DNA from: Azolla caroliniana
Taxonomy: Eukaryota > Plantae > Polypodiophyta
Assembly: GCA_043228905.1 (NCBI GenBank)
Contig: JBHGNT010000015.1
Location: forward strand, 4,836,001-4,900,000
Direction: 5' to 3'
DNA: 64,000 nt
The notes under the pieces are model-generated. The model was not told the DNA's origin, did not search any database, and saw only the letters and a list, made by a program, of their open reading frames with translations. Shown here in pieces: positions 49,812 to 61,222 of this stretch. The first letter of the stretch is position 1, and the number at the start of each line of letters is the position of its first letter. The position numbers and the translations under genes were made by a program.

Positions 49812-50045
49812 TTTTCACCATAGCTGCACTAATTAGAAGCTTCTGAATCCTCAGATCTCAGACCGCAATTTCGGAGAAATCAATTCAGGTAATATTTTGT
49901 CCACGTCATGGTAAATCTTTAGTCACCTTCTTCATGCCTTTAGGTCGACTTAGGCTTTTTTTCTTGAGTATATATTTAATCAAGCATTTCCACATAGTAT
50001 GTTATGCTCCACATCGTCCATGATTGTGATTTCACTTACCACCAT
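49812..50045 (+). pseudogene. Relic of hydrolase exon 1 3' end and intron 1 start
   Basis: TTTCACCATAGCTGCACTAATTAGAAGCTTC and CTCAGACCGCAATTTCGGAGAAATCAATTCAG|GTAAT match 26000-26109 (TTTCACCATCGCTGCATAAATTTGAACCTTC; CTCAATCCGCAGTTTCGGAGAGATCGATTCAG|GTAAT). GATTTCACTTACCACC matches intron 1 of the hydrolase. Confidence 0.8.
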
Positions 50046-53000
50046 CTCATAGAGGAGCTATTGATTTTCCCCATTGTAACTTAATTAAATTTCGACATGG
50101 TTCTCATCATTATATATAAAAACAAGTTCGATTGATCGAAAAATTCCCACTATAATTTGGGCTGGTCAAGTATCACATCAAAGAAGAGAAGGGCCTAGCA
50201 ATTACAATTTGGGTTGGTCCAGTATCATATCAACGAAGATAAGGGCCTAGCATCTATTGCTAGAATGAGTCGCAATGACAGCTCATTCGACATTTTGTAA
50301 TCAATGACGCTAATTAATAAATAAAAAGATGGTATATGCATGTATCAACCTATTCGTAAATATTTAAAATTCTAAATATTTTATCCAAACACGAAAATTC
50401 TAGGACTGCAGAAAAAGGATGCTGCCATAATAAAGGAGTTTATGACCGAGTAGAAACCCTAGAAAAAAATGTGGATTTATCAAGACTTGTCTTACACCAC
50501 TATATTAATATGCATGAAACATGGCACGTTACATTTATGTGGATCATGATCTTGTACTCTTGCAAGAGGTGAACTAAATGTGATGGGGAAGGAGTGAAGA
50601 AGATTCAGAAGAAAAAGAAAAAAGTGTGTTAATGTCTTGGCTTGTTGGCTTTTATATTTTATAACTTGTTGGCTTGTTTGAGAGAACTTAAAAAGATATG
50701 GTGTGAGGTAAGGAGGGAGTCCAAATTTATTCCTCTGGAGTAGTGGAAACGATGAAAAGCATTTTGAATGACTATGTCTCTTTAGGTGTAGCATGTATTC
50801 TTTATAGAACTCACAATGATTACTCAATATCTCTATCCGTTGACAATTATTCCACTAGCATTAAATGCTTATTTAAGTCAATAGTTTGACTTTCTAACTT
50901 GCTCCTCTTGATTCTTTCCCTTTTTCTTTAATACTCATTTTCTCATTACCAATTATTTTTTACTTGTGACCATGCCACAATCAATTTTATACCATTGGTT
51001 TCTTTTATATTTGAATCGACAACTTATGACTTTTGCAATTGCCATTGGAAATAGATAGTGTATTGTGTTGAGAATGTTATATGATGGAGAAATAGACGCA
51101 CATTTATATTTATGAAGCAGGATCCATGGTCTTCATCACTCTTCTCAATATCTATCCATTATCGGTGATCACTAATTCTTTCTTTTCTCTCACTCTCTCT
51201 ATCTTTGTAATTAAAGCTCTAATTTTGTATGGAAATAAGCATGAACCAAATTAGAACTCCATCACATGTTCCCTTCCTGTTCTTTTAACAAAGAAACCCA
51301 CTCTCTTGAATGTTGAATCGACTATGATTGTTGGTTGAGTCCCAGCACAACAATATTAATACAAATATTTGTCCATGAATAATGAGGAAGACATCATTGA
51401 TTTTTCAACAACTTAACTATTAGAATGAAACAGTCACTCGAAATCACTAAATTTGTTTGAATTGAAGTATTGAGGGGAAATTGTTTAGTTGCCCAAGGCT
51501 TCGCTCGTTCATTTAAAGCAAAATATTACATATGAATCCATAAGAGTACTTTTGAAAGACCATAATTTGTTTAACTTAATCTCCTAAACTAGGAAAGTAA
51601 AATACCCCAAGGAGATAATTTTAATTATTCACTACATGTGAATACAAATTTTAACAATGGCTAAACTAGTCAGAGCACAACATTAGTTTTTGTTTATTGC
51701 ATTGTGATTGATTATTTGATGTGTAAATGCATCAAACAATGTTGGAAGATCGGGTTGAATAATGTCATCCTACGAACTATAATCAATGCATTGCAATAAG
51801 TCAATATTAGACATATTATCATGTCGAAAAAGATGATATTTTATTTGCTTTCTTATCCCTATATAAAGAACTCCCTTTTTCTTAGTCACTTTTAATGCTC
51901 TCATGCTTGCTGACTTGGTATTGCTCTCTCATGCTTGAGCTCTTGTGCTCTCTCTCATGCTTGGGATCTCTTGCTCTTGCTACTAAGCTATGTTGCTCTC
52001 ATGCTCGAGCTATCACTTTTTCTCCTTAACAAACACACAGAGATATCAAGTGGAGAGAACAAAAATTATTTTGTAAGTAAAGAAGTTTTATATATTAACT
52101 AATCTTTGTCTTCTTTTAATTTATTTTTGTGCAAAGTTGCTTTAAACTATATGCATGATCTAATTAGAGAGTCATATAGCCTAATCTTCATGAGGTGATG
52201 ATGACCTTGAGCTTTTGCCATTTTTATAGTCATCACCACCCTCAACCTCACCCACTTCATTCATTTCTTGATCCTAATGCTCTTGTATGTTAACTTGTTG
52301 TCTTGCCTCAAGTCTAGGTTTGATGGTATATTGTAGCCCATTGATACATAAAATACCCAACCATGAGGAAGTTAGTGAAATCTTTAATATGGTCTCCTAG
52401 CTCTATGATAAAAGGTTCAATCTACACAAACTCTCCATGAGTTGGATTGACATGATGTACGTTGTAAAAACACCACCCCATTCAATAACGAAGGCATTAT
52501 TTTATCTTCCTTTCCTTGAACCCCTTTTTTGGTTATTATATACAATAAAAAGCACTATGGAGGCTAGATTTGTATGATTAGCGGTAATGGTGGGAACCCA
52601 TTGTTTCTGGAGGAAATTGTTTGAGTACCTATTATAGGTTTTAGTTGGGGCAAGGATATTGGCATTGACATGCACTAAGAGAAAGACACATTGTAGAAGC
52701 TAGAAAAAAGGCATTGTGTCCCCATGAATGTGAAAGTGGACAAAGATCAAGTGACCTTGCAAGTTGTACAGTTGAGGTAAGGAATCAATTTTAACTCCTC
52801 CTTAAGGGTTCTTCTCATTCTTTAGGATTGAGCGCTCCTTTAAACCTTTTCTTCTCTCTCCCCCTCCCTCTCCTCGTGTATAGTATTAAGTGTTTTACCC
52901 TTATCTTAGCATTGATCCTTGCATGAACTTGAATTTCCTTTGATACATACAAGCATGGTTGATCGTAAGTGCATTTTTTTATAACTGTATATATGTTAAT

Positions 53001-55845
53001 ATAGTTGAGGATTAAGTTAACCATTATCTCATTTCAATTAAATACTAATTTTTCTTGAGTGTTAATGTCATCATAGTACACTTAGAACCTATTAAAAACT
53101 CCATTTAAAAGGAGATATAGGTACTCTAGCCAAGAATTAGCCATGCTCTAAATGTGGCATGGTATGTGGATTTGGAGGCATGCTAAGTCAATGCCTAACA
53201 AATGTATCAATTAGATGACCTATTTAAAGTTATTTCTTAGTCATGCAATTGTATGCTATTAAACAATCATTTTTAGAGAATAAGTTCATGAAGTCATTAG
53301 AAGGTTCTACTAATCAAGAGGAAAGAAAAGACATTGGTGGATAAATTTAAGAAAAAGGCTAGTAGACAAGGTGTATCATGACAAGATACTTACAAGAGCA
53401 AATGTAAAATATAGATGTATAGATGATGCACAAGAACTTATAGTTATGTTTTTATGGCTACGGAGATCAAGGTCTAACAAACAAAAAGTGCTTAAATATC
53501 CTAATCAAAATTGAACAAATGATCTTCAATCTTGGGCAAAGAGATATACAAAGATATCCTCAATGCTCGAATGCTATTGATGCAAGGTTGAAGTAGAAAT
53601 GGAGTGGATATCCACAAGAAATCAACATAAGTTCAATCATGTTAACTTGTGTTATTGATGACAACCAAATGCATTCATTTTGGATGTCGAAGTCCATAAG
53701 CATGGAAAAAGATCCAACAAAACAAAAGAACATTTTGATGGAGGTTCATCGGTACTTGACATTAGAAGAAATATGCTTTCATAGGGGAATAATTTAGGAG
53801 ATGGTTGATGCTAGGCTTACCTGAACAAAACAAAGAAGAAATTAAGGGCAAGTAGTAAGCTTCAATTGGATGATGCTAAAATACTTATCTATGTTTTGAG
53901 TTAACAAAGACCTCACATGTACAAAAACAAACAATGTATCTTTTGAAAGAGAAGATGTGCAAATTTGACTGTGTTTTTAAATATTTTGTAAATAAAAAGT
54001 ATTTACTTATTATTTTCGGAGGTGAAAGGTTGTCAAAGGTATTTTTTGTTGGATTGACTTAGCATTTTTATAATTCGGATGTATGTTTATGGGATTTTTT
54101 AAATACATAAAGAATTTTGATTAATTTTTGTAATTCATTAAAAACCTAATCCTTTTGTTCATACAATGGGTTTTGTTGCTTCACAATGTTTAATGAATAA
54201 AATAATGGTCGAGAATCAAGATATAAAAACTTGAAGGATTTTCATATAATTTCTATGAATGTTTTATACTTGATTGAGGATATTTTAGCGTTTTGGTTAA
54301 AGAACTATGATTTTTTATGGAACAAATAGGAATATACCATTTGTTCTTGTTTATCTGAATAACCATTTGTAATGCATGTATGTCCTTTCTTGTTGACTCT
54401 TATTCAGCTTGCCTCTGTATTGAAATGACTGTGTGGATTAGTAGCATTAGTTAAATTCTTTCTCTATATATACCTTGGAAGGCTCTCTTATTTTGTTAGT
54501 TTCGATTTGTTTTTTTAGTACTTCTCTCTACATAATCTTGGCCTCTTTATCAATTCAATTTTGTGTGTGGGGTAGCACGATACCACTTTTCTATAGAGAA
54601 TCAAATTTTCTTCTAATTTTTAGTATGTGTCTGGAGATCACAACACTTGAAGAGTCTTCACATTTTAAAAGTCGAATCTTTTTTATGTATTCTTTATGTT
54701 TCATAAGGATTTACATTTTAAATATTTGTTTTGGATACTAGAATTAAAATTTGAGTAATTGTCAAGTAGCACATGCCCCAAATCCACTAGTTCTGGTCAT
54801 TCGGTTTTGTCAACACGACAAAGGATTTCAATATAGTTTGAGGATGCATGCAACTCTTATCACAAGTCATGAGTCATGACCTCTCTTAATGATTAAAAAT
54901 ATTAATTAAAATTTGTCAATTATTAAAAAGCAACCATTATGCCTAATTCCTTTTGTCAAACATGGAATTTTATTATCTTTACGATTTAGTCAGAAGAAGA
55001 AAACAAAGTTGATGTCAATCAATTGAAGTCCTTGACAAACTGAATTGGAAAATGAAAAATCTCCAACGTATTGTTTAAGGATGGATGTGACATACAATGA
55101 CCCACACATGTAAATACCCATAGTGGTAAGGTCAAGAAACCTTCATAATTTATATATATCTATGGATGAACATTATGGATTCAACCTATGTTATGTAAAG
55201 TGTCAACCTAAGGAGACATTGGTATAGAAAACCACTTGCATTTACCATGCTAGACATTGACTTGCACCATGATTGACTTGAAGTTGAAAGAGGTGAGAAG
55301 GCAACTGGCACATATTGGTTGGGGAACTTTTATAGTTGGTTGGGGTATGAAAGATGAGGATAAGATGAACCAAGTGACCTCAAGGGCAAAATGATATGCA
55401 TTTTAACGTTTTGTTTGCTTGTCCATTAGAGATGAGAAAGAAAGACATGGTCTAAGGTCACAAGGGGGAGCAACAGTTAGAAATTGCTCCTTGAGTTTGT
55501 GGTGACAATGAAACCCAATTTGAAGTGTATATGGTAGGTTTACATCAATGTTTGGTGTCCACTATGCTTAATATGGAATTTCACCATCAAACTTTAAACA
55601 TTAAATGTTTTTGGAATGTTTGTTAAGGTCAATGGTTTTGGACTTTATGAATGCATTTCTTAGCTATCCATCATTGCATTTATTCATCATTTTATGTAAA
55701 TTTTCCTTTTTCGTTGCGTCATATACACTTTTTTCTTACAAAACCATTCTTCGCCATGTGATAATTAGCCTCAATGAGTTGTATGTCGAGTGTTTATGAG
55801 TGTTGTTAGAAGAGGGACAATAAAGAGCGCAACTTGAAAGGTCAT

Positions 55846-55958
55846 AAAAAAGTCATCGTTACTATTCAGCTTGACCTATTGATAAAAAAGTCATCTTTAC
55901 TATTCAGCTTGACCAATTTATCAAAAAGTCATCTTTACTATTAAGTTTGACCTATTTA
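55846..55958. repeat. Three tandem copies of a ~38-bp unit
   Basis: AAAAAGTCATC(G/T)TTACTATT(C/A)AG(C/T)TTGACC three times. Confidence 0.85.
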
Positions 55959-56209
55959 TGGGGGGGGGGGCAATAGAAAAGTCATTGGAAACAAGTCGGA
56001 CAACGATAAGGAGAATTGACGTTCCATTCGAATACCGCCAAATGACAAGTTGAGAGCAATTGAAATGTCACCTTCGTTGTGACATATACCCGCCCCCCCC
56101 ACCCTCAAAGTCTTTGTCTTTGAAGAAGTCCTTGGGTTAATGTATAGGGCATAGGCGATTCACAAAGAAACCAGGCGTTGACTTTAGTACTCACATTTAT
56201 TGCTGTGGG

Positions 56210-56271
56210 TGCCACGTGGACGGCCTGGATCGCCACGTGGATCCACGTGGTCAATTACATGCCACGTGGCA
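56210..56271 (+). promoter_or_regulatory. G-box/ABRE cluster upstream of OSCA copy 2
   Basis: CCACGTGG four times (cores 56213, 56234, 56244, 56263), about 450-510 nt before the ATG. Confidence 0.75.
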
Positions 56272-56720
56272 CCTCCTGTCTGCACAGGCTTCCTCCTCTC
56301 TCATGACCCTTCATAGCCAATGGCCATGGCCACTCCATACCTCAAAAGCTCAGTACCCTTCTTCTCTCCTTCCTTCTCCATCCAACGTTTACGAACAAAC
56401 TCCATAGCTTAGAAGCTCTGCTTTCCCCCTCTTTTCTCCATCACTTCTGTCCATAATCTCTCCATAATCTTCTTTCCATAATTTCCTGATTCCTGATTCC
56501 TGATTTATGATTTCTGTTTTCTGATGTTTAGTTGTTCCTGCTGCGTTTACCTGCCTTCAAGCACCTGTTTCCGCCATCGCCAATCTTAGCAGACTTAATC
56601 AATAACAACCTGCACAAACCTTTACTTCCTCTTCAGCCCTCCCTCCATGGCCGTTACATCTCAGGCCTGAACCTTCTCTTAAATTCCTTTCCAAGAGAAA
56701 AAGCTTGATCGTCATTGGAC

Positions 56721-59700
56721 ATGGAAACCTCAGGCTTTGTCACTTCTCTCACCACGTCTTTCCTAATCTTCGTGGTTCTTGTAATTGTCCATTCCATCTT
56801 CTCTCGGATCCGTATCAACGAAGTAATCTATTACCCTGCCAAGAGAATCAAGAATGTCCCCCCCTATTACAAGCCTGGCCTTCTCGGCTGGCTACGCGAA
56901 GCTTGGTTTGCTACTGAGGAGGACATTATCAAGAATGCAGGCCTGGATGCTGCCATATACATGACATTTCTTGGATCTGGTAACTAATCTATATGCAAAA
57001 TTTCCTGTGTTCCACTCGTTTTAGCTGATTTGGTTCTTTTAATTAATCGCTGAACGAATTTCTCCCTCTGTTTAATCATTTCAGTTTGGAATGCGATTAG
57101 TTTTAGGATGATTAATTTGGGACTGCACCGAATAGGTTTCTGTGAATTGGCCTGTTAATCAGATGCAAAAAAGACCGGCCTGCCTGCATTTGTTTGATGA
57201 ATATTCTGTGTTTTTGGTTGCAACCTAAATGGACTTCAAATATGAGCTCTAACTAGTGGATTCATCGTAATCTAGTGGACTCTAGGTTCGCATTAGTTCA
57301 ATTAGTTTCATTCTTATTCCGTTTTGATTCAATTAAGTTCCTCTGATTCTCATTCAATTACTTTCCTTTGGTTCTGATTCAATTACTTTCCTCTGGACCT
57401 TCTCATTCAATTACTTTCCTCTAGTTCTAGTTCAATTACTTTCCTCTAGTTCTGGTTCAATTACTTTCCTCTGGTTCTGACTCAATTACTTTCCTCTGCT
57501 TTGAATTCCTTGCAGCCTTCTCCATTTGCCTGTACACAGCAATCTTCTGCGTGCCCATACTACTTCCTGTTTCCATAACAGACAAGAATTTCGAGATTCA
57601 GAGAGACAAGAATTCGACGGTTGGATCCAGTGATTTCGACAAGGTCGCCATGGGGAATGTCATGGTAATGTAATTATATTCATCTAATCACGTCTGTGGA
57701 ATGGAATCGAACCAAAAGAGGGGGATCAATGGACTGAAACTGGTGGTTTTTCTCTTCTTCTTCACTGATTCTGCAGGATGGGAGCAAACGTCTGTGGGCC
57801 TATGTAATTGGAGCTTACTGGCTCACCATAGCCACGATGCATCGGCTCTGGAAAACCTACAAGCATGTGGTGCATCTGAGAAGCGTGGATCAATCTAACC
57901 CTCAGAAAGTAAAATACGAGCAATACGCAGTTCTGGTGAGGGACATCCCTGCTCCTGTGCCTGGCAGTGGCACCATCTATGACCAGGTGGACAAGTACTT
58001 CAAAGCTCTGCACCCTGAAACTTACAGAGCATGTGTCATCGTCACAAAGATATCCAATGTATGTACCTAAAGATCTCATAATCTCTGCAAATCTGCCCAA
58101 ACCATTAGGGTTTTGCCTTATCTTTCTGAGTGTATGGTGTAGCTAATTGCGTGAATTCTTTCTGTATACTGACATGGTGACATGGTTCAGGCAGCTAAGC
58201 TATGGCGAGAGAGGGAGGAATTTAGGAGGAATCTGGCTCGTGCAGAGCTGGAATACGAGAAGAGGAAGATTGGGCCTAAGCTTAGGACTGGATTTCTCGG
58301 TCTCTTTGGTCCTGAAGAAAACTCCATCGATTTCTACAAGCGAGGGAAAGATGAGAAAGAAAGAGCTATCCAGACAGAACGAAAATCTGTCACGTTTTCT
58401 GTGTCGCAGAAAGGCGCGGCTATAGTCATCTTTAGTACCAGAGCAGCTGCCAACAGTGCATCCCAGGTAATCACCTCATGCAGAAATATTGAACTCCTCC
58501 AAGATTCGCAATGAGCGGTCTAATTCGGTTGATTACTAATCTTTAATCAACCCCTAGATTGTATGTTAATCTCCTCAAAGTCTGACGACAGAGATCATTT
58601 CTCTCTACTAAATCATCATCATCATCATCATCATCATTATGAAGATGATGATCATATTAAATGATCTTATGTTAAGTTAACTAGATAATCAGTCTTCCAT
58701 TGTAATGACATCAAAACCATTGACAAATTTGCAGTCTATGCATAGCCTTTATGCCAATCAATGGACTACCTGTGCCGCTCCCGATCCGAAAGCGGTCATA
58801 TGGGGAAACCTCGCGATACCCTTTGTACAAAGACTTGTCCGGCAAACTTTAGTCTATTTCGTGGTTACGCTCATGATCCTCTTCTACATGATCCCCATAG
58901 CCTTCATCTCGGCCCTTATCTCGCTCGACAACTTGAAGAAGAAGCTGCCATTCCTAAAGCCTCTGGTGGATATGCCATTAGTCAATACAGCACTCCAGGC
59001 TTATCTTCCTCAGCTGGTTCTCCTTATCTTCATTTTCTTGCTTCCATCTCTGCTCCTGAAGCTCTCAAGCTTCGAGGGGATTCCTTCAAAAGCCATTCGG
59101 GACAGGGCAGCTGCCGGGAAATTCTTCTACTTTAATGTTTTCAACATCTTTTTGGGTGTCACCATAGCCGGCAGCTTGTTCACTTCCCTTAAAGGCATCA
59201 TCGATAATCCGCAATCCATCATTTCACTGCTAAGCGAATCTCTGCCCGGACAAGCCAGCTTCTTCATCTCATTTGTGGCCCTCAGGTAATATAACGCGCC
59301 ATTTGCTACAACACGAGGCCTATATCTATGCATTTGTCTGTGCAATCCGCATCAAGAAATCCCTTAATTCTGCTTGTCATTTATATAAAGATATTGATCG
59401 GCACATTTATAACCTTAGTTTTGAGGACTTCTAGAATCAAACATGTTGCATTTTTTCTTTGTGGATTTTGATCAGCAATGTAATGGAGTACTCAAAAACA
59501 ATGTGTATTAGGCATATATATGTTATCGGCTTGATTCTAATGATTCTAATCTTCATTCCTGATGCTTACTAATGCAGGTTCTTTGTGGGTTATGGCTTGG
59601 TATTCTCAAGGATAGTGTCTCTCATCAGATTCCGTATCAGAAAGAGGTTCCATTGCAAGACTGATGAAGACATCCAAGAAGCATGGGCTCCTAAGTGCTT

Positions 59701-60770
59701 CAAATATGCAATTCGTATCCCAGGGGATATGCTCATCTTGACAATCACCTTTTCATATGCAGTCATAGCACCGCTGATTTTGGTGTTTGCCATTGTCTAC
59801 TTTGGATTAGGCTGGCTATTCATGCGGAATCTGGTAAGGCCATTGCGCACTCTGTCGACACAAGTAATTTCATAAAATTAATGTCACACAGATGTATGTT
59901 ATATGTGCTAAATGCATACATCTGCAAATTTGGTGTTTATACCACATGTATCTGCGTGATTAATGCATGTATACATATTAAGACTTGTACTATAAAAACC
60001 TTGTTTGGTGTGTAGATTAATCTACATACTAATCACAGATGTATTATACAAGTATATATAGATTAATCTATGTTAAAAGAATGGTATACATTATGATATG
60101 CGGATACTTGGATTTGAGCCAAATTCAGTATCCACATATAGAGATTATATGAGACAATTCAGTACCCATATATAGAGCATTCCAAAGTTAAGCCTCCCAT
60201 ATATGAGTTATTTCAAAGAATGATTGGGGATAGGATTATTTCTTCCTTACCTGTTCATGATTGAGCCCCACCATCTGGGTCCTTACATTGTCAAAGATTG
60301 CTATATGTACTTCTTTTGGAGCAAAGATATTATACCAAGGATTTATTAATATATGAAAAGCATGTTAAAATAGGTCCTCCTTTGTGATTTTGTAGGCGCT
60401 CAACGTGATTTTGCCGAAGTATGAGAGCGGAGGGAGGATGTGGCCTCACATTCATTCCCGGATAGTGGGTTCTCTCTTCTTATCCCAACTCACAATGCTT
60501 GGCTATTTTGGAGTGAAGAAGTTCGTGTATGTACCACTATTGTTGCCACCTTTGGTCGCAACTATCGTGTTCGCATACATATGTCGGAAGTTCTTCTACC
60601 CATCTTTCGATGTGACTCCTCTTTATGCTACTTGTGAGGAACCACAGAATCGTCCTAGTGTTGAGGAAATCATACGCGCGTATACGCCTTCCTATCTGTC
60701 CGACCATATTACACGTGATGACGAGGAGATCGGCAGGCGTTTACAAGATATGATACAAGATGAAGATTAG
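56721..60770 (+). CDS. ERD4: CSC1/OSCA channel, ERD4/OSCA3.1-like (copy 2); 7 exons, about 715 aa
   Basis: Exons 56721-56979, 57516-57664, 57777-58058, 58191-58466, 58735-59285, 59578-59833, 60396-60770 (2148 nt, in frame). Same intron positions and motifs as copy 1. Confidence 0.95.
57325..57500. repeat. Minisatellite (TTCAATTACTTTCCTCTGGTTCT-like, about 7 copies) in OSCA2 intron 1
   Basis: Repeated 25-30-bp units ending just before the acceptor site. Confidence 0.85.
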
Positions 60771-61222
60771 TTTCAGGAAACTCATTGCTCCATTAGAGAA
60801 TATTGAAAATTTTCACCATGCTCTGGTTGATGTATTATACATGAAGCTTGCTGGGTTGCTTGCTTCTTATTCAATCTCTCTCTTTCTTGTAATGATTCCC
60901 TTTCATTTCACCATTCTCTTGTTGTGGTGTATGGTTGCTTATTCAATTTCATCTCCTTGGAACTCATTTAACTCCAGCCTCTGTAATATCCATTCAATTG
61001 GTTTTTTGAGCCACTGGCTCTCTAGAAGGTGGCATGGTATTTGTATAAGAATTTAAAGAGGAAACATGAATAACAACCATCATAGACTTTTATTTGACGG
61101 TGACTCCGACTCTTGTAATTTCAATTACATTAGATTGTGATTATTAGTAGTAAACTCAATTCTACCAATTTGCTGGATTTCTCTAATTTCGATTTTATCT
61201 AGTATAGTAGGTTCAATGATTT

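Noticed and set aside
50300-55800. AT-rich stretch with hints of decayed transposase or retroelement sequence
   Set aside because: No motif was clear enough to call by eye; it needs a translated HMM search.
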